In this document: in pieces, positions 1 to 9,894 of the stretch | Position numbering within the stretch: position 1 is the stretch's first letter | Layout of the letters: the number at the start of each line of letters is the position of its first letter | Origin: Patescibacteria group bacterium | GTDB lineage: Bacteria; Patescibacteriota; UBA1384; 2-12-FULL-50-11 | Length of the DNA: 64,000 nucleotides | Direction: 5' to 3' | NCBI GenBank assembly: GCA_016861245.1 | Contig: BOKZ01000001.1 | Coordinates: 188,347-252,346 of the forward strand | Notes under the pieces: generated by a model | What the model saw: only the letters and a program-made list of their open reading frames with translations | Database searches by the model: none | Told to the model about the DNA's origin: nothing | Program-made: the position numbers and the translations under genes

Positions 1-90
1 AAACTTGTCATCGCATACTCCTAAGGGGCGATTTGATAGAAGTATCTTAGCTTACCCTAGATTAAAAATCACTATCCAGACCTTGCGCTA

Positions 91-501
91 CTATGACTCG
101 CTAGAAGGGACTTTCTTATAAGCAATAGTTAGAAGGATTGACGTAATAATCGCAAATGGAATCGGTAGGGTAGCCTCTAAGAATAAGACCCAATTAGGTG
201 GTGCACCGAGCGGAGGCCCACCGTCAAAAGCACCGTATAAAAACATAAACGATACCGGGAATGCCAGCGGTATAGTCAAAAACCAAGCCCAAAGTGACAA
301 CTTCCTTCTAAACCAAAACCCTCGCCCCAATAGATACAAACCAAAGGCGGTGATTATTCCCCCAATCATTACACTAATCCCGCCTACTTCGTAGTGGTTA
401 TAGAAAGATTGATATGAATAATACAGCACACAGAATCCGGCTAAGACACAAACTCCTGCCCAAATTCTCAGGAAAATTTGCCAGGGGTTCATATTATTCA
501 T
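91..501 (-). CDS. Hypothetical integral membrane protein (about 4 TM segments)
   Basis: 136-aa ORF with four hydrophobic stretches; no recognisable motif. Confidence 0.6.
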   Translation of the reverse strand: MNNMNPWQIFLRIWAGVCVLAGFCVLYYSYQSFYNHYEVGGISVMIGGIITAFGLYLLGRGFWFRRKLSLWAWFLTIPLAFPVSFMFLYGAFDGGPPLGAPPNWVLFLEATLPIPFAIITSILLTIAYKKVPSSES

Positions 502-556
502 AGTAACTCTTTTTTAACTGGCCTTAAATTGCTTAGCTAAGCGGTATTTAGAGATT

Positions 557-1012
557 TTATTTTTTACTTACATCCGGCAAGTAAATAATCTTTAACTCTT
601 CGGTATTGTTCCCAAAACCGTTGTCTGTGGTTACAAAATACTCACAATTTCTCTCAATCGCTGTAGCTAGATGGATGGCATCTGGCGGCTTTAGTCCATA
701 TTTAGCTCTGAGTTGAGCAGCTTTAAGGGCTATCGATCTATCAACGTTTACAACCGAAATAAGACCGCCGCCGTGGATAAAGTTTAGGTAGTCAGGCACT
801 CTACTCTGTGCTCCTACCTCATAGATTTTATTCAGCATTTCTGTAATTACGATCACCGATGCGTAAACAGTTGTTTTTGATTTTGGTATCTGGCGAAATA
901 GTTCCTGAGAAAGAGGAAAGTCATCATTCCCTTCCAAAGCGTAAATAAAAATTGGCGTATCAATCGAGATACGCCTGTTGTAAATTAGATCCGTGAGTTC
1001 TTTTGCGTCCAT
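557..1012 (-). CDS. vapC: PIN-domain ribonuclease toxin (VapC family)
   Basis: IDTPIFIY N-terminal Asp motif, TEML, PPDAIHLATA, FVTTD; overlaps upstream AbrB-type gene. Confidence 0.88.
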   Translation of the reverse strand: MDAKELTDLIYNRRISIDTPIFIYALEGNDDFPLSQELFRQIPKSKTTVYASVIVITEMLNKIYEVGAQSRVPDYLNFIHGGGLISVVNVDRSIALKAAQLRAKYGLKPPDAIHLATAIERNCEYFVTTDNGFGNNTEELKIIYLPDVSKK

Positions 1013-1236
1013 TGACCGCGTTCAGACCGTAAGTATCTAGCAACATTTATCTTCCCCCAGATGTCTTTCTGGGTTCCCAGATAAGAATCTGGCCACATTT
1101 TTTCTGGTGTTAGCAATATTGAACCATCTTCTATTTCCAGAACTTGTAATGTCTGACCTCTCTTAAGGTTTACGGCATCTCTAATACTCTTTGGAATTAC
1201 CACCTGGTATTTATCTGACACTTTTGTTTTATCCAT
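985..1236 (-). CDS. AbrB/MazE/SpoVT-family antitoxin (VapB-type)
   Basis: TKVSDKYQVVIPKSIRDAVNLKRGQTL swapped-hairpin signature; directly upstream of the PIN toxin. Confidence 0.88.
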   Translation of the reverse strand: MDKTKVSDKYQVVIPKSIRDAVNLKRGQTLQVLEIEDGSILLTPEKMWPDSYLGTQKDIWGKINVARYLRSERGQWTQKNSRI

Positions 1237-1271
1237 TTCTTACATTTTGAATAAACGTAAGAAATTGTCAA
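1235..1271 (-). promoter_or_regulatory. vapBC promoter with inverted-repeat operator
   Basis: TTGACA (1271-1266), 16 nt, CAAAAT, 7 nt, then ATG; perfect 9-bp IR ATTTCTTAC (1235-1243) / GTAAGAAAT (1257-1265). Confidence 0.6.
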
Positions 1272-1284
1272 TGTGCTTACATAT

Positions 1285-1310
1285 AAAAAAACGGTCTCGC
1301 GACCGCTTTT
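1285..1310 (-). terminator. Intrinsic terminator of groEL
   Basis: Minus strand GCGGTC-GCGA-GACCGT followed by a T run. Confidence 0.75.
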
Positions 1311-1330
1311 CTATTTTACTGAAATGTGGG

Positions 1331-2968
<1,638 letters not shown>

Positions 2969-3262
2969 TTATTTTTCGATAATGCCGATAATCTCGTCTT
3001 CACGAAGAATTTTGTATTCAAATCCGTCGGCTTTATAGTCTTTGCCACCCCAATTTTCAAACAAAACTCGGTCGCCCTTCTTAAGCTCGATAGCGACGCG
3101 TTTGCTAGTGGTAACATCGAGACGGCCTGGACCCACAGCCACAACTTCGCCTTCTTGCGGTTTCTCCTTGGCGGTATCTGGAATAATAATTCCAGATTTC
3201 AGCGTCTGCTCGGCGCTGACTAACTTAACAACAACTCTATCTGCTAGCGGACGTATATTCAT
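2969..3262 (-). CDS. groES: Co-chaperonin GroES
   Basis: MNIRPLADRVVV, SGIIIPDTAKEKPQEGEVVAVGPG; SD AAAGGAG. Confidence 0.99.
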   Translation of the reverse strand: MNIRPLADRVVVKLVSAEQTLKSGIIIPDTAKEKPQEGEVVAVGPGRLDVTTSKRVAIELKKGDRVLFENWGGKDYKADGFEYKILREDEIIGIIEK

Positions 3263-3301
3263 CGTTTACTCCTTTCGAATTGTTATTTATTTTCTAGGTT
3301 G

Positions 3302-3330
3302 ATTGTAAAGTGTACTTTACATAGAGTCAA
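3302..3330 (-). promoter_or_regulatory. groESL sigma70 promoter overlapped by a palindrome
   Basis: TTGACT-17-TACAAT; perfect IR TGTAAAGT-GT-ACTTTACA at 3304-3321. Confidence 0.7.
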
Positions 3331-3346
3331 TATTCGCATTAATAAT

Positions 3347-3362
3347 GGCCCCAAACGGGGCC
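3347..3362 (-). terminator. Hairpin downstream of the NAGPA-like gene (probable terminator)
   Basis: GGCCCC-AAAC-GGGGCC immediately after the stop; only an AT-rich tail, no clean U run. Confidence 0.5.
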
Positions 3363-3367
3363 AGGAG

Positions 3368-3997
3368 TTACTTGAGAGCAACCTTGGTTGTGGCCAACGC
3401 ATCACGGAATACGAGCGCGTACGACGGGTGAAGAATTCGCGGAGCCAACGACGAGCCGCCGTCCATGTGCACCATCGCCTCAAAGCCCCACTGCTTAGCC
3501 AGTCGTAAACAGTCCCAACGATTCCCGCGCATCTTGACTCGAAAGTAGTAATTTCCTTTCGTCGCCCAGAATTGCCGCCAGAGCTTTTGCTCGGGAGCAG
3601 GCGGGATCGTCATGCCAGCTAACGCCCAATCCGGTGTGCCAGCAGCGAGACAGCTCGCGGCGTTTGGGTAGATCACAACTCTGCCGTTGCTGTAACCGGC
3701 CAGGACTTTGCGAGTTCCGCAATACGGACCGATCTTGCGGACACCGTTTTCGATCGTCAGGTCGACGCCGCAACGAAGCTTTCTGCCGTCGATCGTTCGT
3801 TCGCCGTAGAAACCGGCCACCGTCACGAAATCCGCGCCAGTTGCGGTTTGTACCCAGTTGGGGTACTTGCCACCGCGATAGTGGCGGACTTCGAGTCGGT
3901 CTTTAGTCATGTCGAATCGCTCTACCTCTAACGCGAAGCTAGCGGGGGAGACGAAAACCAGAAGCTGAATCAGCACGAGTTTGGATATTTGTTTCAT
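3368..3997 (-). CDS. Secreted protein, putative phosphodiester glycosidase (NAGPA/DUF2233-like)
   Basis: Start moved to ATG 3997 (SD AAGGA); signal peptide MKQISKLVLIQLLVFVSPASFA; C-terminal AMVHMDGGSS resembles the NAGPA AxxLDGGGS motif. Confidence 0.5.
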   Translation of the reverse strand: MKQISKLVLIQLLVFVSPASFALEVERFDMTKDRLEVRHYRGGKYPNWVQTATGADFVTVAGFYGERTIDGRKLRCGVDLTIENGVRKIGPYCGTRKVLAGYSNGRVVIYPNAASCLAAGTPDWALAGMTIPPAPEQKLWRQFWATKGNYYFRVKMRGNRWDCLRLAKQWGFEAMVHMDGGSSLAPRILHPSYALVFRDALATTKVALK

Positions 3998-4081
3998 GAG
4001 ATACGTCCTTGTATGTAGGGTGCGTATTGTTAACGCTACTGCATTTAAACCAAGGAGGAAAATTGTCAATACCTCTTTTGC

Positions 4082-4274
4082 GAGGGTAGGGGGACCTACT
4101 ATCGTAAGCGCTCCCCCTACCCTCAACCTCCCACCCCCTTGCACTCTTAGAGACAAGAAACTTCGAGCCATGGGACAGCGAGAAGTTTCTTACCACATCT
4201 CGCTAGAGAGCGTGCGGGGTATAGGGGTGTGGGGATCTAGGGACTGCTTCGCAATTAAGTCCCTGATCCCCACA
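4082..4274. other. GC-rich three-hairpin structured non-coding element
   Basis: 13-bp stem 4082-4094/4112-4124; long nested stem containing 10-bp 4155-4164/4182-4191; 10+7-bp stem 4228-4274. Confidence 0.6.
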
Positions 4275-4313
4275 ATTTTAAATAAGTAGCTTAAACAGCT
4301 AGAATAGCTTCAA

Positions 4314-5285
4314 ATGAAACGACTGGTTAGCGGCTTACAACCAACGGGCTCACTGCACTTAGGCAACTACATCGGCGCGATCGCGCAATTTGTTGAGCTA
4401 CAACATCAATACGATTCGTTTTTTTTCGTCGCTGATTATCACTCGCTCACCGGCCGCCCAACTAAGAAAGAGTTAACTGCGAGTACTTACCACGTTCTAG
4501 CGATGTTAATTGCTTGCGGCGTTGACCCGCGCTCAGCGACGGTGTTTGTTCAGTCCCAGGTTCCAGAGCACACCGAGTTAAGTTGGATTTTTAGCAACTT
4601 CTGCTCGGTCGGGCAGCTGAAACGGATGACCCAATACAAAGAAAAGTCCGATCAGTACGGCCAGAACGTCGGCCTTTTCACCTATCCCGTCTTAATGGCC
4701 GCCGACGTGGCGCTCTATCAAGCTGAAGTGGTACCGGTCGGTGACGATCAAATTCAGCACCTAGAGCTCGCTCGTGAGATTATCCGCAGCGTCAACGCCC
4801 ACGCCGGCAACGTCTTTACCGAGCCGAAGCCGCTACTAACAAAAGGTTCACGAATTATGTCGCTCTCAGACCCAACCAAAAAGATGAGTAAAAGTCTTGC
4901 CGGTAGCGCTATCGGACTGCTCGACGACGAAGCGACGATTATTAGAAATATCAAGCGCGCCGTTACCGACTCCGATCCGAACTCCGCTAAGCCAAGTAAA
5001 GCACTGCAAAATTTATTCACGATTCTGGAAGTTGTCGCAGGACCCGAAGCCGTGAAAGATATGGAGGCGATGCGCAAAGACGGTAAACTGCGCTACAGCG
5101 AACTAAAGGAGCTACTTATCGAGGAGACACTGCACTTCTTAGAGCCGATTCAAAAGACCTACAGCTCGTTAATCAAAGATCCTAAAGCACTCGAATTAAT
5201 GGCGCTCAACGGCTCTAGGCGCGCCCGAACAATCGCCCAAGAAAACTTATCGATCGCCAAAAAAGCACTCGGTTTAGTTGGATAA
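4314..5285 (+). CDS. trpS: Tryptophan--tRNA ligase
   Basis: SGLQPTGSLHLGNY (HIGH), YPVLMAAD, VPVGDDQ, KMSKS. Confidence 0.98.
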   Translation: MKRLVSGLQPTGSLHLGNYIGAIAQFVELQHQYDSFFFVADYHSLTGRPTKKELTASTYHVLAMLIACGVDPRSATVFVQSQVPEHTELSWIFSNFCSVGQLKRMTQYKEKSDQYGQNVGLFTYPVLMAADVALYQAEVVPVGDDQIQHLELAREIIRSVNAHAGNVFTEPKPLLTKGSRIMSLSDPTKKMSKSLAGSAIGLLDDEATIIRNIKRAVTDSDPNSAKPSKALQNLFTILEVVAGPEAVKDMEAMRKDGKLRYSELKELLIEETLHFLEPIQKTYSSLIKDPKALELMALNGSRRARTIAQENLSIAKKALGLVG

Positions 5286-5292
5286 TTAGCCG

Positions 5293-5356
5293 TTGATTTT
5301 CAGCCGGGATCGGATCAGGCTTTAAGCATCTAATGCGCCTGCTGGCGCAAGGAGGT
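5293..5356 (+). promoter_or_regulatory. Promoter, 5' hairpin and SD for microprotein 1
   Basis: TTGATT-17-CAGGCT; TGCGCC-TGCT-GGCGCA hairpin abutting AGGAGGT. Confidence 0.5.
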
Positions 5357-5363
5357 GAAACAT

Positions 5364-5576
5364 TTGGAAGCCAAACCATCACGAGTTCAGGGCGGCGATC
5401 AGTCAATAGAGCCTAGCCGCCTACTTTGCTTTTTTTGTAGGCGACAACAAAAATTGACGCCACTACGCGGAGCCTTGCAGCTTCGCAACTACACCGTAAC
5501 AGTAGACGGTACGACGTACGGAGTGTGCCCCGAGCATGAGAACGACTATCTGGCCTTGCAGAAACGACTATGTTAG
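5364..5576 (+). CDS. Small putative zinc-binding protein (CxxC...CxxH)
   Basis: Strong SD AAGGAGGT before in-frame TTG 5364; CFFC and CPEH; downstream hairpin 5586-5612. Confidence 0.55.
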   Translation: MEAKPSRVQGGDQSIEPSRLLCFFCRRQQKLTPLRGALQLRNYTVTVDGTTYGVCPEHENDYLALQKRLC

Positions 5577-5585
5577 GCCGCACCG

Positions 5586-5612
5586 CTAGCCGGGTTGGTA
5601 AGACCTGGCTAG
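5586..5612 (+). terminator. Hairpin after microprotein 1
   Basis: CTAGCCGGGT...ACCTGGCTAG stem. Confidence 0.45.
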
Positions 5613-5616
5613 ATTA

Positions 5617-5661
5617 TTGAAATTTGGGCGATATTTTTTTATACTATTTGTTCTTGGAGGA
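5617..5661 (+). promoter_or_regulatory. Promoter and SD for microprotein 2
   Basis: TTGAAA-17-TATACT; GGAGGA 5 nt before TTG 5667. Confidence 0.6.
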
Positions 5662-5666
5662 TTTTT

Positions 5667-5906
5667 TTGAACCTAGAAAGCCCAATCAGAATGAGTCACG
5701 CCCTGCCGACGGAGAAGCGACTGCCGGACGTCAGGATACCGGAAGGGGTAACTTTCATTCCCTTCTGCCGAGGGTGCGAACAACACAAGAATATGAGAGT
5801 GCGCGTCAACCAGCGAACCTGGAGTGAGGGGCGACGCGTCCGCCTAAGCGACGGCGTCTATCAAGGCGTCTGCACTCCATGCTGGAACTGCGGCGTTCGA
5901 TCCTAA
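5667..5906 (+). CDS. Small putative zinc-ribbon protein (CxxC...CxxCxxC)
   Basis: Own promoter, SD and terminator; CRGC and CTPCWNC. Confidence 0.55.
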   Translation: MNLESPIRMSHALPTEKRLPDVRIPEGVTFIPFCRGCEQHKNMRVRVNQRTWSEGRRVRLSDGVYQGVCTPCWNCGVRS

Positions 5907-5915
5907 CACCACAAC

Positions 5916-5938
5916 GGGCCTTCGGGCCTATTTTTTTT
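5916..5938 (+). terminator. Intrinsic terminator
   Basis: GGGCC-TTCG-GGCCT followed by a T run. Confidence 0.75.
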
Positions 5939-7283
5939 ATACGAGAAATTTCTTCAGCTCTTCCGTTTTAACGCGACAGAGTTCTTCGCTTCGTGCTTCA
6001 ACATTTAGACGAAGTAGCGGCTCGGTGTTGCTGGCACGCAAGTTAAAACGCCAGTCGTCAAAGCTAACAGATAGTCCGTCTGTTTTATCGAGCTCGCCTT
6101 TAGAATACGTTTTCTCAATCTCTTCGAGTTTTGCGCTGATATCGGTAACGGTGAAGTTAATCTCACCAGAAACAAAATACTTACTCCTAAGCGGTTCCAC
6201 GATTTGACTCATCGTTTTATTTGGATTTTCGGCAATGATATTTAACAGAATTAAAAAGGTTATTAGGCCGCTGTCGGCGTAGTAAAAATCTCGGTAATAA
6301 AAGTGTCCGCTCATCTCACCGGCAAACAGGGCATCTTCGCTTCGCATGCGGTTTTTAATAAACGTGTGACCGGCTTTATTAAGAATCGCTACACCGCCCG
6401 CCGCTTCGACAGTTTCGATCTGGGCCCAAATGTTGCGCGGGTCGTACAGTATTTTTTCGCCCGGATGTTTTTTCAACAAGTACTCTGCGATTAGCGCCGT
6501 CAGATGGCAACCCTCCACAAACACGCCGTTCTCGTCAGCCACATAAAAACGATCGCCGTCAGCGTCCCAAGCAATACCGATGTGCGATTTCGTCTCTCGG
6601 ATTAGCTCACTCGTTTCTTCTCTATTTTCTGGGACGAGCGGGTCCGGCCTGCCTTTGGGGAAAGTACCGTTTGGTTCGAAGTTAAGCTTAACGAATTCGA
6701 CTGTATCTAGACCTAGTCTCTCAAGTAGTTTTTCGGCGACAACGCCGCTCATGCCGAAGTTTGCGTTAGCAACAACCGTTAATTCTGGGATACTTTCGCA
6801 CTCGGCGAATTTACTTAAGAAATCCAAGAAATCTTCGGTAGTATCTTTTTCGTGGACGCTGCCCCTCTGTTCAGACGTAAAATCTTCGTCGCTGAACGCT
6901 AACTTTTTAATTTCTGGTAAGCCGTTCTCCGAAGATAGCGCCTCAACACCGGCCTTTATCATTTTCAAGCCGTTATATTCGGCAGGATTATGCGAAGCAG
7001 AAACCTGAATTCCGCCGTCGTAATGATAGTAACCAACGGCAAAGTAAAGCATTTCCGTTGGGACGACACCGATATCGACAACTTCGACTCCAGCCTCTGT
7101 TAGCCCTTCGATTACGGCCTTCTGCAGACTCTCGCCACTGACTCGAACGTCTCGACCAACCGCTACAACTTTTGGTTTGACGAATTCTGCGTATGCCTTA
7201 GCAATTCTCTTCACAGTTTTTTCGTCGATTTGATCTGGATAAGTGCCGCGGACGTCGTAGGCTTTGAAAATTGTTTCGTTCAT
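5937..7283 (-). CDS. Phosphomannomutase/phosphoglucomutase
   Basis: IFKAYDVRG, SASHNP, DADGDR, GEMSGH, RASNTEP. Confidence 0.96.
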   Translation of the reverse strand: MNETIFKAYDVRGTYPDQIDEKTVKRIAKAYAEFVKPKVVAVGRDVRVSGESLQKAVIEGLTEAGVEVVDIGVVPTEMLYFAVGYYHYDGGIQVSASHNPAEYNGLKMIKAGVEALSSENGLPEIKKLAFSDEDFTSEQRGSVHEKDTTEDFLDFLSKFAECESIPELTVVANANFGMSGVVAEKLLERLGLDTVEFVKLNFEPNGTFPKGRPDPLVPENREETSELIRETKSHIGIAWDADGDRFYVADENGVFVEGCHLTALIAEYLLKKHPGEKILYDPRNIWAQIETVEAAGGVAILNKAGHTFIKNRMRSEDALFAGEMSGHFYYRDFYYADSGLITFLILLNIIAENPNKTMSQIVEPLRSKYFVSGEINFTVTDISAKLEEIEKTYSKGELDKTDGLSVSFDDWRFNLRASNTEPLLRLNVEARSEELCRVKTEELKKFLV

Positions 7284-7310
7284 TGATCCGATGGTAGTAA
7301 TTTTTAGGGT

Positions 7311-7352
7311 AAAAGAAAAGCCGCCAACTCGCGAGGGTATGCGAGCGGCGGC
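7311..7352 (-). terminator. Intrinsic terminator of the 7374-7691 gene
   Basis: GCCGCC/GGCGGC and CTCGC/GCGAG stems followed by TTTTCTTTT on the minus strand. Confidence 0.55.
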
Positions 7353-7373
7353 CGGGGGAGGGAGGAGAGAAGA

Positions 7374-7691
7374 CTAGTTGTCGTAGGTCCACCAGGGGGT
7401 TCTGTCGGAAGAGGTTTGCGCTTGTTGCGGTTTTCGCGGCTGTTCGGCCGCTACCCTTGCCTGAACCTTTGGTCGGCCAGAATCGTACGAGCGCTTTGCG
7501 GCGCGGTAGCCTTCGTCTTGATTACGAATCTGCCCGCCGACGAGCTGTGTCGCCACCCTGTTCAGCACCACTGGGATGCTGGGGTTGTCGTAAGCGTAAA
7601 GTACTCTTAGTACCTTCCACTCCGTCTTGTTGAGCCATTCTGGCCGTTCGGTCAGACCGGCAAAGAACTCTTTTTCTTCCTGAAATGTCAT
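7374..7691 (-). CDS. Small hypothetical protein (possibly helical DNA-binding)
   Basis: Own promoter TTGATT-17-TAGGCT (7748-7720), hairpin plus GGAGG SD, terminator; no firm motif. Confidence 0.55.
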   Translation of the reverse strand: MTFQEEKEFFAGLTERPEWLNKTEWKVLRVLYAYDNPSIPVVLNRVATQLVGGQIRNQDEGYRAAKRSYDSGRPKVQARVAAEQPRKPQQAQTSSDRTPWWTYDN

Positions 7692-7765
7692 AGGTGCCTC
7701 CGTGCAGGATTGTGCACCCAGCCTATCAGAAATGCTCTAAAAAATCAACGGATTTATGACTAGTT

Positions 7766-9595
7766 TTACGGGGTTGGTGGCGGCGCTGGAAGCTCTTTAG
7801 TCCCAACTAAGAACCTGGCCGGCCAAGCTTTGTAGATAGATTTAAAAACTTGCTTATTGATCACCGCTCCAGCTCTTGAAACTGTATACGTTACAGTTGT
7901 TACCGCACCGTCGTGTGGCTTCTCGATCTGCTTTGTCTCACCGCGAAACAGAGTGTCGGTGTCGGCGTAAATCGGCTCGCCGGCCGGTGTAGTGCTCAGG
8001 ATTTGAGTATCGCTAATCGCTGAGCTCCGTCCGTCGCTCGTTCCCCAAAGCTCAAAGATTACTTTATTGCCTTCAACGCGTCCCTGAACCAAGATGTGTC
8101 CGGGCGTGTCGTTAAGAAATTTAAAGTCGGGTTTCGGTAAGTAAATCGTGGCATCGAGCCCGAGCGGCGGCTCGTAGTAACTAACGCGATACGAGTGGTT
8201 ACGTCGTTCGGTTACTTTGAGCCCAGCGTTTAATACCGACCTAAAGAGCGTCGTTGAGACTTGGCAAAGTCCGCCGCCGTACTCAGGGATCGTCCGGTTT
8301 TCTTTAATCACCAGCTCCGGCAAGAAGCCAGTTGAGGCGTCAACGGCGCCGAGCGAGTTCACAGTTGAAAACCCTGCCCCGGGCTTAATAAGCGCGCTTT
8401 GTAGTAGTTTAACGCCGTTAACGATGTTAAGTCGGCGATTCGTCGGCGAACCGGTGAAATCGGTAATACCCAAGCCGATTCGCTCCTTTATGCCAAGCGT
8501 AGCCAGATTTGCTTCGTTAATAATCGGCTGCTGCGGACCGGTAACCAACTCAGCGGTCGGTTTTTCCTCGGCTGAGTCGAGCGCCGAGAGGACACGTGCT
8601 GTTGACTCGGTAATATTAATAACGACTCCTTCTTTCGAAGCTTGAGCGATCGCTAGAACGCCGTTTCGGATAACTAGTTTTGGCTCCTGCGCCGGCTGAT
8701 CGACTTTAGCGGCAAGTTCTTCCAAGAACTTTTTTACTTGGTCTTGAGTGAAATCAGCAACCAGCGGATAGCGACCGTCAATTGATTCTGAGGCACCGAC
8801 AAATCCGATCATCTGGCGGATCTCTTTTGGCTGAAGTGTTTTCTTGGTCCCAAAATACGACAAGACTAATTGCTGTTTGGAGAGCTCCTCAACTTGAGCG
8901 TTAATCGTTGCTTCGTCTAATAGTACGACTCTCGGTGAGTCGACGACGGTGGTAACAGCGATCGTTGCGCCTTTAAACGACGTTAACGAACTAATTACTT
9001 CTTGCTTGAGAAGAAGTTTATCAACAACACTACCGACCTTCTCTTTTGTGTAAGTAACTTTTTCTCCATCGATCAGGCCGCTTGCGTTAACTGCCGGCTG
9101 ATCAACAGATTGCGCAACGATTTCAATAAACGACTCAAGCGCCTGCTCGTCGTAGCGTACAACCGGCTCAATTTGGTGGGTAATAAACGGCGCGCTAAGA
9201 TGCTGAACGAAACTTTGCCAGACGTCCTCGCCTCGACCGAAGCTATGGATTTTGTCAGTAGTCCCTTCAACGTCGACGTTCCAGTCTACTTCTTTTGGTA
9301 GTAATTCGTTAGCTGTCTCGCCGTGCGTTAAAACAATCTTTTGTTGATTTAAACTCTCACTTAGTTGTGAGACTTTTTGGTGAACTTGCTCGTAGGTTAG
9401 TCCGGCGAATTTCTGATCGCCGATCATTACTTTTGGATACACCTGTCCTAGAAACAGTAAGCTATAACCGAGGTATAGTAAGCCGATGGCAGCAGTGAAA
9501 AGTAACACTACCAACGAGCCTCTCTGAGGTTGGGGAAGCTTCTGTATATACGAACCTAGGCTCACGAGAGCTTTCGGCAATGGTGGTCGAGTCAT
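7766..9595 (-). CDS. VanW-family protein with N-terminal TM, peptidoglycan-binding (PG_binding_4-like) repeats and G5-like tail
   Basis: GGGLCQVSTTLF, ERRNHSYRVSYY, GLDATI, DFKFLNDT. Confidence 0.9.
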   Translation of the reverse strand: MTRPPLPKALVSLGSYIQKLPQPQRGSLVVLLFTAAIGLLYLGYSLLFLGQVYPKVMIGDQKFAGLTYEQVHQKVSQLSESLNQQKIVLTHGETANELLPKEVDWNVDVEGTTDKIHSFGRGEDVWQSFVQHLSAPFITHQIEPVVRYDEQALESFIEIVAQSVDQPAVNASGLIDGEKVTYTKEKVGSVVDKLLLKQEVISSLTSFKGATIAVTTVVDSPRVVLLDEATINAQVEELSKQQLVLSYFGTKKTLQPKEIRQMIGFVGASESIDGRYPLVADFTQDQVKKFLEELAAKVDQPAQEPKLVIRNGVLAIAQASKEGVVINITESTARVLSALDSAEEKPTAELVTGPQQPIINEANLATLGIKERIGLGITDFTGSPTNRRLNIVNGVKLLQSALIKPGAGFSTVNSLGAVDASTGFLPELVIKENRTIPEYGGGLCQVSTTLFRSVLNAGLKVTERRNHSYRVSYYEPPLGLDATIYLPKPDFKFLNDTPGHILVQGRVEGNKVIFELWGTSDGRSSAISDTQILSTTPAGEPIYADTDTLFRGETKQIEKPHDGAVTTVTYTVSRAGAVINKQVFKSIYKAWPARFLVGTKELPAPPPTP

Positions 9596-9612
9596 CTCTT
9601 TTGCCCACCCTA

Positions 9613-9834
9613 CTACGTGCCAATTATTTCTTCAAGCAACGCTCGAGCTAAATTCTCTCGACGGACCTTCTCGTCTTTAGCAAAGTAAAACTCAGCCGTT
9701 AGAACATCTCCTTCTTTCGCATTCTCTGGCAGCTGGATTCTGGGAATCCGCAGCTCTTCGTCGTTATGTTTTAGCACGCCGGAACCGTTCTCAAAACGGT
9801 CGATCACCCAATGGATTGGCTTAAGCGGCGTCAT
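9613..9834 (-). CDS. DUF3006-family small protein
   Basis: VIDRFENGSGVL and LPENAKEGDVL signature. Confidence 0.75.
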   Translation of the reverse strand: MTPLKPIHWVIDRFENGSGVLKHNDEELRIPRIQLPENAKEGDVLTAEFYFAKDEKVRRENLARALLEEIIGT

Positions 9835-9894
9835 TGATCGCGGTGTTAGCCTGGCAGTCGTTGTGGTTTCTGACAGCCAGGCGATACATCGTAG

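Noticed and set aside
1-30. Possible minus-strand gene start (GGGAG...ATG at 11) leaving the window
   Set aside because: Only three codons are visible
3998-4171. N-terminal extension of the 267-aa ORF and overlapping ORFs 3939-4196 and 3981-4289
   Set aside because: They run through the hairpin element; the SD and signal peptide support a start at 3997
4082-4313. T-box riboswitch or SRP RNA upstream of trpS
   Set aside because: No T-box consensus, terminator U tract or SRP loop motif; trpS has its own -10 directly before the ATG
9838-9892. Hairpin (GCCTGGC/GCCAGGC) between hppA and DUF3006
   Set aside because: Single stem without a U tail or a second copy; too little to call
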